From Octopus bimaculoides (taxonomy: Eukaryota), in contig NC_068984.1 of assembly GCF_001194135.2 (NCBI RefSeq), forward strand, positions 57,493,789 to 57,557,788: a stretch of 64,000 nt of DNA, written 5' to 3'. Positions 27,255 to 40,576 of the stretch are shown here, one piece after another. The notes under the pieces were generated by a model that did no database searches, was not told where the DNA came from, and saw only the letters and a program-made list of their open reading frames with translations. Numbering within the stretch: the first letter of the stretch is position 1; every line of letters starts with the position of its first letter. The translations under genes and the position numbers were made by a program.

Positions 27255-27586
27255 CTAAGAAGAAACAAAATGAATCTTTATTGCAAGTCCAAATTTTGCA
27301 TCATGTCATAATGCATGTAATTCAATGTCAAGAAACAAACCCATATTACTTATGAACAATATGCAACTAAAATCAGTTTTTGCACAATATACTGCTGATT
27401 TTTTTACCCCTTGCCAAGAGAAGCTCCACCCATTTGACATCCAACTCTTCCACTTTGTACCCACTCAACAAATCATCTTTCAGGCTCTCATTCACAAATA
27501 GTTGCCAAGTACAACCTCCCCTCCCCACTTACTACAGCTCCAACTAATCTCCTCAATGCTTTTCAAGATTTTTATAATGTAAATTT

Positions 27587-27619
<33 letters not shown>

Positions 27620-28632
27620 CATATATATATCATCATCATCAAGACCATTTTACATCTCTTCCATACAAGGATAAGACCTAACAAGTTAGAAGTCTTCCAA
27701 ATGCCAACCACTTTCCAGAATTTACTGAATGCTTTTTTCCCTCAGACTGGCATTAGTGAGGTTGCCAAGTAAAATGCAAGACAAAGAAAATAGAAAAATT
27801 CCCTTCAACCGGGTTGGGTTGTAGCAGAGGTGACGAAGTAGCTTTATACCAGGTGTTGAGAAGCTAAAGTATGACCAGAAATAAGCACAAGAGTCTTACT
27901 AAATAAGAGGTACATGGGCACTCCACATAAGAGTGGGTGGGAATAATTGGAAGGAGATAAAGATGGTGACAAAGTATCAGAGCATACTCTCAAAGTGCAA
28001 GAAGGTAAATATAAAAGAGAATATGACCGAGGATCAAGAAAGGAAGGTGGATAACTTCATAAGAGTGTGAGAGGAGAGTGACAGATGGCTGGATGTGGGG
28101 GTACAAGTGAATGAGGTAAAGGGTGGAGATATGGTCAATGGTAAATATCAGTATGGTGGGGAGAAGGTAAAAGAAATAGCTCAGGATAGAGGAGGTGGTA
28201 AGTGGAAGTACAGGAAGTGGGGAGAGCAGCAGGATAATAAACTTTACATAGAGCAAGAAGTGGGAAAATGATGTGTCGGGTGGGAGAGACAGAGATATGT
28301 AGTTGTGGTTCTGATGAGTAGCAGAGAAAGATGGAGGGACATTGAGAGTAGATAAGAGAGGGTGTTCAAAATGTACTTTATAAGAATGTACACTGTTATT
28401 TAAGGGATATTTGGATGTTATTTCTAGCTGGTCAAATGACCACATCAAGTTTTTAAGGTATCACTTGACCAGCTAAAAATAGCACCCAAGCCCCCATCAA
28501 ATTAAAGGACATATTGCCTAATGTTGTTCAGGGTACACTCGCTGTAAAAAAGAAAAGAAGTCTCAGATTCAACACCTAAATCTGCTCAATTAGGGCTGAT
28601 GTGGGACGAAACAACATCATCAAAAAGTTTAA

Positions 28633-28854
28633 GATCTTTCTGAATTGATGGGCACCACTTGTATTCTTAAAGAAACACTTTCAAACTTGGAATACTGGTA
28701 GAATGACGTCAGTGATTGATTGAAATTACCGAAATACGACAATTTTTTACATGAAAACTTCAAATACAAAAATACGAAGTTTGAAAGTGTTCTGGTACCA
28801 AAAACTCTACATAAAACATAAATGAAAAGTGGTGCCCGTCAATTCAGAAAGATC
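28633..28854. mobile_element. MITE with 28-bp terminal inverted repeats
   Basis: GATCTTTCTGAATTGATGGGCACCACTT (28633-28660) vs AAGTGGTGCCCGTCAATTCAGAAAGATC (28827-28854), one mismatch; interior shared with 45490-45680. Confidence 0.8.
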
Positions 28855-29019
28855 CAAAGTTTATATGTAAATTAACTTATAAGAACAATGTAATTTAATG
28901 AATTAATAGAATTGTTATTGTATATTGCGAACTGGGTTTTAAAATTGATGAGTTTTGCAAAAAGTGTTGAAAATATTTGATTGAAAAGATGAGGAAATGA
29001 AAAAAAAAAAATTACAAAC

Positions 29020-29086
29020 TTTGGCCCAGTCGACAACTGCTTCTAGATACTGTTGCAAAGATCTTTCATCATTGTTCTCAATAAAT
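29020..29086 (-). CDS. EARS2: EARS2 exon 12
   Basis: atag|A TTT...AAA|gtttgt, 67 nt, phase 2 to 0, bridging exons 11 and 13 in frame: FIENNDERSLQQYLEAVVDWAK. Confidence 0.82.
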
Positions 29087-29527
29087 CTATAAAATAAACA
29101 CATAAAATATTGAAAATGACAAACTTAGATGTAATTATGAGACTAACATGTAGTGTAATACGCTGTCAAGGGAGCCTCAATATGATCATTCAATATGCTG
29201 GAAATAGCAACCAAATCTCTCTCAAAATACATCTTACCATCTTTCAAGAAAAATGGAAGGACATAGAGATTGATTGAGTGACCTGAAGCTAAACAACAAC
29301 TAACAAAATCATTTCAAGAGAGAATTGTCTCTCACACATACAGTAACAAGTAAGTTCTTAAAGACATACCATTTTCCCTGTAGAAAAATCATTACTTTAG
29401 TTTCAATGTTATTCTTAGACATAAACTTTGAATTTTTTAAATCAACAGATATAAAAACCAAAATTACATTATACATAAAACACTGCATTTAGATTTTCAT
29501 CAATATTGGCATAAGAAAAAAACTTAC

Positions 29528-29685
29528 TTGCTTCCATATTTCTCACTGACAAGTTTCAAAACTTGCTGTAAAATTTCATGGCGCTCATTTCCTTGGATTT
29601 TCTGAATTAGTGTCTCATGGTTAAATCTATCAATTTTATCAAATTCTAGTCGACCAGGAGTTTTCTTCAGTCTTTCTAAAGAAAA
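29528..29685 (-). CDS. EARS2: EARS2 exon 11
   Basis: atag|TTT...AA|gtaagt, 158 nt: FSLERLKKTPGRLEFDKIDRFNHETLIQKIQGNERHEILQQVLKLVSEKYGS. Confidence 0.9.
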
Positions 29686-31539
29686 CTATCGTAAATAAAA
29701 AATTAAATATCAGCAAGAGCTTAAAAGTTCTTAACTTATTCTGAATCAAATGTTAGATACTAAATAAAAGACATTGGTTTCATTACAATAAACATTAACA
29801 AAAATCAGTTGGGAAATCCAGATAAATAATCTTAGCTTAACTAAAAATTTTGCTTTCTCTTGTGTAACATTCAATTGAATATGATTGTATGAAACAGGAG
29901 TTAATGTTTTATATATAAAACCCTTTACAAAGTAAAATTAAGTATATAATTGTCAAGAAAGCTGAAGGTGTCTTAGCATCACTGAGTAAGACCTTTGTCA
30001 GCTGTTCTCCAGGTATTTATTGAACTCTTAAGCATTCAGATTACTCAGTCAAATGTAATGCTTATTTATGTTACATTTTTTTAAAATTAATTGTGCATTT
30101 ATCTTGTAGCTTCAAGATTTCAATAATGTGATTGTTTACTTTTAAAATGACATTGTAGGAGAGGTGAAAAACAGATAGAATATTGATTACATCAACTGGA
30201 GTTGATGTAATCAACTAGTCCCCACCCCAAAAATTGCAGGCTTTGTACCTTTAGTAGAAAAGATTGTTATTATTATTATTAAAAATTTGGTTGGCAGGGT
30301 GGGATTTTGTTTTTAAAGAAACAGAATCCCTCCTCCCAACTTTTGGAATACGCACACCTGCTTGAGTAAAATTTAATGTTATTTACAGGAGAAAACAACA
30401 GGTATTCTGTAAAAAACTAATGTGTCTTGAGAAAAAGATTATATAGTAAATATTTTGAATTTATTGATGAAAGGTGTAGAATGACAACTATAATTCAACA
30501 GGTTTTAGACACAACAAACGTCAGTTTCATGTAGAGTATTGAGTTTTTGAGAGCCTCTCCAAGCTACACCAGTTGAAGTTGAACTTGGCACTATAAGCTA
30601 TCAAAACACTTATTAACTATGTTGTGCTGCAGCATACAGCAATGAATCGCACCATTCTGCAAGCACCTACTTATTTATACTCAGGAAAAGTAAGCCAATG
30701 TTCATATTGATGACAGGACTAACTGTCCAACATTTCATCAACTCAGCCACTTCTTTTTTTGATAATAAAATTGCTTATAATTCCATTTCACTTTGTATAA
30801 GTAGACATAACCACACCACAAGAAAGTTTCATTCTCAATTCCTTTCAAGTGCAAACTATGATTTGGGTTATTACAATTATAATTAGTAATTATTCTATTT
30901 AGATGAAATTAACAACACAGTTTACACATGCACACAAACACTCTTATTCAATGTGGCCTAGTAGTTAAAGCATTGGGTCTATGATCATAAGATCAATTCA
31001 TGGACAAGGTGGCACATTGTGTTTTTGAGCAATGCACTTCATTTCACATTGTTGCGGTCTGTGCAGCATAGTACTGCTGCAGCTGTTTCACCTTCCAGCT
31101 GTCACATCCTGGATGTTTCACTGGGTCATGGTTGACTCACCAACCATACAGGGTATAAGACAACCCCATTAGTGTCAGAGCCACTATAAATTCACCCAGG
31201 ATATTCTGTAAAGTAATTAGTGAGCAAGCTGGGTCATGGGGCTGACAGAACTGTTTAGTCTTGTTGAGAACATGACAACTTCTCTTATGTTAGTGCTACC
31301 ATAAAATGCACCCAGTGTAGAAACCTTTAGGAAGAGTATTCAACCACTGAAACTAAGCCAAAAAAGTGTATGAGTGAGATATGGTTCTCCTACTCATTCA
31401 TAAGAGAAGCAACTCTAAATAAAAATTGACTTGGACTATGACAATCTATTCAACCCATACCAGCAGGGAAATGATGAGGCTGATTATTGAAATGAGAGAG
31501 ATTAAAGTTATAGCAAAATAAATAGAAACTGGAAGTGAC

Positions 31540-31647
31540 CTTGCTGATTAAATCCTCAAAAGACATTCCTGCAGTCTGATCAGTTCCAAATCCCCCACCA
31601 ACATGGCAGATGAAATTAAGGATACTCTCTGGGTAATATCCTTGATC
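31540..31647 (-). CDS. EARS2: EARS2 exon 10
   Basis: ttcag|GAT...AAG|gtcact, 108 nt: DQGYYPESILNFICHVGGGFGTDQTAGMSFEDLISK (GY.PEAllN motif). Confidence 0.9.
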
Positions 31648-31898
31648 CTGAAAATAAAATCACATTAATTAGTGGAATGAAAATTTCGAAATATTTTTTT
31701 TTTTAATTAAGAAATTCGTCCATGACTGGAATACTCTATTCTTCACACAATCTTTTATAGGAATTAACAAATTCTGATGTTATTATGTTGAACATGAGTA
31801 CCAGTTTTTGATGTCATTGAGTAGTCTTAATTAAGTTTATTTAAGTTGACCCATACAAAAAGAAAGCTGCTTGAATACTTGAGAGCATATATATATAT

Positions 31899-32117
31899 GT
31901 AAATAATATGTGACAATTATTCGGTAGCCATGATAAAACTCCGAATTTTGGATACCAGGGCTGAAACCCACGCCACCATCTCTTCAGTTATCTGGCCATC
32001 GAAGAATAGCATTCTTTGATGGCCAGATAATTGAAGAGATGGCAGCGTGGGTTTCCGCCCTGGCATCCGAAACTCAGAGTTTTATCATGGCTACCGAATA
32101 ATTGTCACATTATTTAC
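31899..32117. mobile_element. Foldback MITE: two 100-bp inverted arms with a 3-nt loop
   Basis: 31908-32007 is the reverse complement of 32011-32110, with 9 mismatches counted by eye. Confidence 0.92.
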
Positions 32118-32739
32118 AGATAAATTCCTCTATTTACATAATATTGAGGTCTCTTTCTTTCTTTTGTTGTCTTACCTTTTCTATCAATATATATATATTC
32201 AGCACCCTGGTTATGCTAGATTAGTTGACTAACACTATATATGAACAGAACATAGCATTAAGCAGGTGATCACTATTAGATACCAGCTGCAAGATGGTAG
32301 AATAACAAGAAACAACAGAGTCCCTTGTAGTATTTAGTTCTGTCTCTGTACATGCTAAATTTATCTTCCACCAAGGACAACTTTCACTGTCATCCCCCTG
32401 AGGGTAAATACAGCACTTAAACACTTGTCTCTCTAAGAAATAATTATTCTCCACCTAGATACAATAAAGTCTATCTTCCCATAAACTTTGAGATGAAAAT
32501 ATACAAAAGCTGAAACAATATATCAGTTCAACTTCAAAATAAAAGGTAGAATCATAAAGTTCACAAAAATAAATATCGATACTGATGATGACAGCAACAA
32601 TAATGATGAAGAAAATACATAGAAAGGCAAAAAAACTCAATCATTTAATGTTTTTATTAACAATTAAATACATTGAACAATCCTGTTGTTTTGCTTTCAA
32701 ATCTATTTTCCTCAGCAGGTTGAAAAGCTTTTCCAAATA

Positions 32740-33168
32740 TGGACTATTTCATTATGAATGATCGCCAACATCTGGCAACTAACTTGATAGACACCTACAA
32801 GATTATCCACCATCATTCCAACAACAACTTTAGGTACCTTTTTGAAATCCATGCCTAACACTCATGAGCATGCTTACAAAATTAAACACAGCACCCATGA
32901 CTTTCAGAGACATTTTTCCACAATCTGTTGAATAAACTACCTACATCAGTTGTTAGCTGTCAGGACACTACTTCTTCAAAGCTTACATAGTTCTTGAAAT
33001 TCGCCAACAACACACCTGTCTCCAACCCCTGTTAATGACTCATTCACTGTTCATTTCCTGTGTATTATTCTACATATTGTTCATGTATTTTTGGCTGCTT
33101 TCTCTGATGAGCTATAGTGTGCCTGAGCATTGCATACAATAAGTTCATTATTATTATTATTATTATTA
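32740..33168 (+). mobile_element. 3' end of a decayed CR1/L2-like LINE with (ATT)n tail
   Basis: Degenerate ..LIDTYKIIHH..HAYKIK..RHF..NKLPTSVVSC, resembling the CR1-group ORF2 terminus (DLIETYK..TRGH..FF..WN.LP), followed by (TTA)n. Confidence 0.6.
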
Positions 33169-33354
33169 TAAATGGATATCTTATTTAAAACTCTAAACTA
33201 TTTAACTGTCAGTATTGAGATGACACCACTACATGTCTCCCTGAATTTTAGTGATTATCTGTTGCTCTCCAATTGAGTAAAGTGAAATAAATAGAATAAT
33301 GTACAAAAAATGTTCATTTGGTTCTTTCAGAAACAAAACAAGAAACAAACTTAC

Positions 33355-33409
33355 TTTAAAGTGTTCTACATGAATGTCTCTTTGTCTCTTTGATAATTTG
33401 GCACCATCT
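33355..33409 (-). CDS. EARS2: EARS2 exon 9 (KMSKS motif)
   Basis: tgtag|A GAT...AAA|gtaagt, 55 nt: DGAKLSKRQRDIHVEHFK; KLSKR is the class I KMSKS signature. Confidence 0.93.
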
Positions 33410-34040
33410 CTACAATATAATAAACAGATAAATCAATAGTGAAAGATTTCACTGAGGCATAACCAAAGGATTGTTCAGCACTAACTTATGTTATTGCCTT
33501 TCCCGTGGATGAATTATTTATTCTAATCATTGATGAGTCATTGAATTTCTAAACTGTTCTATATTCTTGTGTTAATTACTTATAGAAAGGCCATATAAAT
33601 CCAATGAACCCAGTCCATGGTAGAAAAGGCATCCAGTTGCAGTATCAGGATATATAAATATGTAGTCAAAAACAAACCCCTTCCTTCTATTCATGCTCCC
33701 TAACAAATTAAGTCAAAACTAACAATGTCTCTTAAAGGTGATCACTTCTCTCTGTGTGATTGTTTAATCTGTCTGTTTGTCTGTCTATATTTCTTTCTAT
33801 CTTTCTCATTCTCTGTACACACACACACACATATGCATGTCTGATGAACAGTGTTCTTTTAGATATGTATTAAAAGCATGACTGTGTTAAAGTTTTATCT
33901 TTCTTTATCAAGATTTTCTTTATATTTGTATGAGTTCCATGATGCGATTTAGAACAGGTGCATCTTACATACAGGCAACTCATCCAATAGGGCAGTAATC
34001 TAGTATGTATAAATCACAGCATGTGTGTGTATAATGACTA

Positions 34041-34716
34041 ACTCATACATTTCCACAATTCTCAACCGATTTTCACCAAACTTTAGACACATTACTTATG
34101 TCCCAAGGATGATCATGCACTATAACATTTTGCCCAGAGCTTCCACATAAATGGACATAGTCTTTTGTGTGTAGGGTCTTCCATACTTTTTTTAATCCTT
34201 TTAAAAAAGTGAAAGGATTTTGTCTATTTATTTATTTCTTCTGTCCGCCAGCAACTGTGATTAAATTAACTAGGAACATCATCATCATCATCATCATCAT
34301 CGTTTAACGTCCGCTTTCCATGCTAGCATGGGTTGGACGATTTGACTGAGGACTGGTGAAACCGGATGGCAACACCAGGCTCCAGTCTGATTTGGCAGAG
34401 TTTCTACAGCTGGATGCCCTTCCTAACGCCAACCACTCAGAGAGTGTAGTGGGTGCTTTTACGTGTCACCCGCACGAACACTGAACGCATACATTTCCAC
34501 AATTCTTAACCAATTTTCACTAAACTATACACACTATGTCCCAAGGATGGTCATGCACTATAACATTTTGCCCAGAGCTCCTGCATAAATGGACATAGTA
34601 TTTTTGTAGGTAGGTTCTTCCATACTTTTTTAATCTTTTTATAGGAGTTAAAGGATTTTGTCTATTTATTTATTATGACTGTCCACCTGTAACATTTATT
34701 AAATTGACTAGGAACA
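34041..34716. repeat. Two approx. 235-bp direct repeat units separated by a (GAT)n-family SINE fragment
   Basis: Units 34041-34278 and 34485-34716 share long blocks (CATACATTTCCACAATTCT..., CATGCACTATAACATTTTGCCCAGAGCT, AAAGGATTTTGTCTATTTATT); SINE on - at 34277-34478. Confidence 0.85.
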
Positions 34717-35555
34717 CTGCACGTGATGAATATCCAATACCAAACAATCTTAACCTCCATATTTAAACTGCATTAAACTTTGACAAGCTTACCTTTACCT
34801 ATTCTCAGTTACTTGAAAGATGATGTTCCCAGGCCTCTCTTCTATTTGTTGATACTTTTGTTTACCTACCAATGTGTTGTTTCACTTTAAGGATGCTTAT
34901 TTACCCATCCATTATGATATTTTGTCTGTTGTCCATTGTTTCAAATGTCTTAGCATTGTACTTCTAGTCTTTTTTAAACAATCACATATGATTCATTCCA
35001 TAGAACCAACATTTAAATAAAAGTTTGGGGCGGAGTTATGATGTAAGCACATGTTAAAACCCCTCATAACTTTTTTATTTTTACAAATGTCTTTCAATTT
35101 TGTTTTCTGCATAATGGAATTAATACGATTATGCAACAAAAAAAAAAGAAATTTTTTTTTAATAAAACTTTTTTTTTTAATTTATGGTTTTAAAATACAG
35201 ATAGTCTGAATCTACCATTCATTTCTCTTTATAATCTTCAAATAATTTTTTTAATACTTTTATGAAAAAAAGTCAAGTGATAGTCTTCACATTTTTTCAC
35301 ATTATCTTGGACTTTATATGTGAAATGCCAGTGACATGCATGTCCAACAACAATATTAGCAGACAGACAGCTATACAGTGGTACCATGTATAGTCCAAGT
35401 AGACAAAGCCTTCTCTTTAAGAAGAAAAATGAAGTCAGAAGGGTGGTGAAGAAGTTTTGGATACTTGTGACCATCGTAACTGATGGTGTGCTAGTTTTTT
35501 TTATGTGTATATGTGCATGTATAAAGATATAAGCAAAACAATACATATACACCAA

Positions 35556-35594
<39 letters not shown>

Positions 35595-36928
35595 CTAACC
35601 ACCTACACTTTTTTCAGCAAAAATAGGGGTAGTTTATCCTGTTTAGGCTATATTATTAGCATTATCCTGCGTTTGAGAATTTAAAATCACTTCTTTAACT
35701 TTCTAAGACATCTCAACGCTTCTAAAAGCAAACTGCGTTTGTTTGTTTACGTTTATCGTAATTTGAATTTAACATATATATATATATATATATACATATG
35801 TATACAACAAAGCCTAATGGTCACTGTTACCTGACTGGCTCCTCTGCTGGTGGCATGTAAAAAATGTTTATGTGGTTGTTTCTGACAAGAAATTTCGCTT
35901 TCATGTAAAACAAGTCATTATTCATAATATACTCCCAAAACACTTCAATAGCTCTACTTTGCATTACTTGCAAACTTATATGTTCTATAATCATTAAAGT
36001 GCAATGACATCCACAATAACCTCCCTTCAATTTGATTTTCCATTCCTAGGTTAATCAGAAACATAGATTGCCATGCTACTCATAAACCTTCATGGTAGTT
36101 CAATTATTTGGTGAAAAAAATACCACCAAAGCAACTTAAACCATCCAAAGGATGGGTGCATTTGCTAGTTCTAAATAAGAATTGATATAGAGGTAGATGA
36201 TTCTTTAATGCTGCCATAGTGCTGTTGACACAAAAAATTCATTCAATCCTCAATTTAAAAATAATTGATGGGAAAGGACATTAACTATAAAAAGAAGTGT
36301 GCAAAATCCCCCAAAATTGCTGGTTATTACTGTTACTGTGTGCCATATGCTTAAAGACTTAAAAAAGTAACAAAGCTCCATGAGACCCATCCAACCTAAA
36401 TCCATGTCAGTATGGGTAAACAGAAATAAAATGGTGGGGTGATACTGATGAAGATAATGATACATTTGTGAAGTGGTACTTAATATGTTAAATTGTTCTG
36501 TATCCATTTATCAACTCATAGTAATACTTCTAATGGTAGTTTTTCTACACAAATTTACAACTTGGTAATGTCCAGCATCCTGCTAAGTGAATCAGTTCTG
36601 ATGGGATACAAATTCACAGCTCATGAATAAGTGACATAACCTATCAAGTAGGTGCAATGAGATATCACGCAAACTGACAGAAAAGAAGAATTTCATATAT
36701 TATAGAAATACAGGAACAGTTAAATTACCCCCATAATTCTTTCAAATACCCAAAATACTCACTAAAAGTAGTAAATAGCTAACAACCTAGGTGACCTAAT
36801 CAATAGTGGAAGTGGGTTAGGCTAGAAAACTTTAGGGAGCTATTATCTTTGTTGGCAAAAAGAGGTTTGTCTCTAAGAATGAAGGGAAATAAAGTAAACC
36901 ATAGTTAAAAGTTATGAATAGTTTCTTA

Positions 36929-37024
<96 letters not shown>

Positions 37025-37215
37025 CTAAAACAAATATAAAATAAATGCTTAATGATGATAAATGTGTTACTAAACAAATCCTTTTTCCTTAGACTTAAAA
37101 AGTGTGTGCACATGCATGTGCTTTAAACATTTATCTACCATGATTGAAATGTTAAAACCAACTAGATTATCAAATTAACAAAATTGTATAAGAAAATAAC
37201 AGATAATGTATAATA

Positions 37216-38490
37216 CACTGAACCACAAAAGAAATGTGTGTGTGACTGTGAAATATGTTTTAATTTCATTATGTCAAAGATAAATTTTGATAAAGTCAAT
37301 TTCTTGGATACACTTTGACCACAGTCTATGTGTCGTCATGTGTTCCGGTAGTGGGCAGATCCAGCACATCAAGATTGTAGTGTGCAACACGTTCAATACC
37401 ATGGATGCCCTCCCAAGGTGTTCAAAACGGCCATACACTGTCAGTACATGTGGTTCACAAAAGCCATTGGCACCTGTGCCCATACCCTGAGGAAAGTTGC
37501 CTCCAGTTCCACATGAGCTGTCAGCCTCAGGACCACCTGGTTCAGCCGTTTCTGGATTTCATCCCACAGGTGTTCAATTGGGTTCAAATCCAGGCTAAGA
37601 GTCAGGCACAGCATGGATCTGATGTTGTGCTGACACAGAAAGTCCATGGTGACCCTGGTTGTGTGGGATGGAGCATTGTCCTGCTAGAACACATGGCTAT
37701 GGTGACACATGAAGAAGGGCACGATGTGAGGTTTTAGGATTTGGTCAATGTAGCGCTGCACTGTGATGCCATTCCCTCTGCCTGCACCAACATTTTAGAA
37801 CACATGGGACCCAATTCTCTGATTCAGACCTACAGCACCCACAAACCATGATGCTTTGGCCCCTTGCATCTCTCTCTCCATGACACATGCATCTTTGTAG
37901 AAGTCACCCCCTCCTATGCCACACCCTCACTGCCATCCGAGGTGGAAACACAGTACCAGCTCTCATCAGAGAAGACTATTGACCTCCATTGTTGATGCCG
38001 GCAATGTCAGTGCTGTGTAGCCTACTGTAGTTGTATCTGTTGGTGGCAGGCAGTGAGGACAGGCCCTCAAGCAGGATGATGGCAATGCAGGTTGTTGGTG
38101 GCTAGTCAACGTTGTACTGTAACATCGCTGATGGGTTGCTGTCCAGTGCCAACGGTTTCATGAGCTGTCATGCTGGCCGGTCTGAAGTGATCACAGAGGT
38201 GTTGCAGGTGGATGAAGCAGTCCTGCCTGAACATGGTCACCCAGGGGTGCCCTCTGCGAGCACACTCTGCAGTGCTGTTGATGTTGTTGTATCGCTGTTG
38301 CAGGCAATAGATGGTGCTGACATAAACAATGTAAGCTTTCGCAACAACCAGGGCACACTACCCTACTTGCAATCGGCTGATTGCTTGTTCTCTCTGTACT
38401 GCTGACAATTGGATCATACCTGATGCATCCAAATTACGAATTTCTTGCTGAACAACCTATACAGGCAGTTTGTTTATAACAATCAACTGT
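37216..38490 (-). mobile_element. Decayed Tc1-family (DD34E) DNA transposon
   Basis: Minus-strand IVFSDES (D1), QDNAPSH (D2) and SLDLNPIEHLWD with 34 residues between D2 and E; N-terminal HTH-like remnant at 38100-38400; several stops and frameshifts; TA|CACTGAACCACAAAAG terminus at 37214-37231; the other TIR is not clearly preserved. Confidence 0.88.
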
Positions 38491-38767
38491 TTGTGGTATA
38501 CATTAGCTCACTCCCTCCATTAAATTGACATTGTCTGTACAGGAGCATGGTGTACCACACATCAGATGTCAAAATGATCTCAGAGCAATGTGAGATGAAG
38601 TGTTTTGCTCAAGAACACAATGCACCACGCAATCCAGGAATCAAAACCATGATCTCACAATCATGAGTAAAACACCCTAACTACTAGGCCGTATATATTG
38701 CTTTAATTAAAAAAAATTAATGTTGATTTCAAAAAGTTTCAGAAAAGGAATAATTGGTTTTCAATTA

Positions 38768-39004
<237 letters not shown>

Positions 39005-39969
39005 TTAAGAAATTAAGCAACATATAAACTGCTTGATAGCAGCCACTTATTGTAAAAATAGTAGAAAATACTGGGAAAAGCAAACTTGATCTCTTTTTCT
39101 GTTTTTTTTTTACATAGTAGTTAAGAGTAAGATGAAACAGTTGAAGAAAACGAACACATTTTAATTGAATTTCTAGTTCAAATTAAACTTGGTTAAAGTA
39201 ATTTATAGTAAGGAGTTATTTTACTTCAATGTTTTTATGAATGTGACAAGTTAAACATATCATAAGTAATATGATTATCGAGTCCATAAATCATTTATTC
39301 TATTGTGTGACTGCAAATTGTTTTGCTTAACATCTAGCTTTCAAATTTGGGTTGACATGTCAAATATACACTCTAGCCTTTACTTTTTTTTTGTTAAATT
39401 CCCATAGATTTCTGTTTTTTTGACAACGCAGATTCTGGTTTTGCCAAAAAGCTGTTTTCAGAATTCCAATTTACCCTCCAAAAGTTTTGTTTTTAATATG
39501 ATACAATTTTTTTTTTAATTCCACATAAAATATGATTTTGAAAATAAAATTTTTTTTCCCCATGTCAATTTTAAAAAATTATGCCCCATCCCACTCTCCT
39601 AGCTTTTGGAATACCCACATCCATCCAGATGTTTTTAAATGTGCCTATTCTATTGCACATGCATGGATGTCTACTGAAACAGCATACAACATTTAGGAGG
39701 CATTAATGTGGTTACTTGACATGGTGCAAATTACAGCAAAATCTTTCAAATATTACACATCTACCTTCTCTTTTTTCTTTCCTTCTTTTTTTTTAAAAAA
39801 AATATAATTCTTTCAGCTTCCTATATTCCCAACAACAGCGATTCAGATTTTGGCCTCCAGCTTCAAAAAGTGCAGCATTCTAAAATTTTAGTTTAACCTC
39901 CCAGAATTTGTTTTTGACTTCTTTTTCAAAATTTTTTTGAGAATTCCTATTGAAAAATACAAGTATTAC

Positions 39970-40028
39970 AACTAAACCCTAATCCTATACCCTAACCTTA
40001 AACATTAACACTAAATCCTAACTCCTAA
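39970..40028. repeat. Degenerate (CCCTAA)n telomere-like array
   Basis: AACTAAACCCTAATCCTATACCCTAACCTTAA...TCCTAACTCCTAA. Confidence 0.6.
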
Positions 40029-40576
40029 ATTTTAAAATTGTCTGTTTCCTTTCATTTCATAGACATAAGAGATGTGTGGTTAAAGGGAGGTTTGGCTGTT
40101 ATTTCTAGCATATTGAGCAACGACATTGAGGATTCCCTCATGTCATGTGCTGCTTATCTTTCAGAAGTCATCTACATAGGCACAAATGAATGGACAAGTT
40201 TCAAAATGTCTGGAATGTTGATGTTGAGCAGATTTGGATATTCTGAAAGCCAGGAAGAGGCAGGGGAAATTTTTTTTAATTAGCTTTAAAAAACTTCTTT
40301 TTGAATTGAAATCATTGCATTATTAAATGTGACAGAAAAAATATTTTTTCAAAACAAGGACAAAAAAATCAAGAGGATTGGGGTGAGGGGTCAGACTGAA
40401 ATTGATTTACTGGACAAAATTATAACCTTTATAGGAGTCCATAGAAATTTTTTTCTTTTTTTAAGGAAGTGGAGTGCTTATTTGACATGTCCACCCAAAT
40501 TTGGTCCTTAATATTAATACAAATCAATAAAACTGGCATGAGACAAGGATTACAGAAATTACCAAAATAAACATAC

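Noticed and set aside
27990-28448. 152-aa ORF (also 55230-55694, 154 aa)
   Set aside because: Leu/Ser/Pro/Phe-rich products of pyrimidine-skewed tracts that lack stop codons for compositional reasons.
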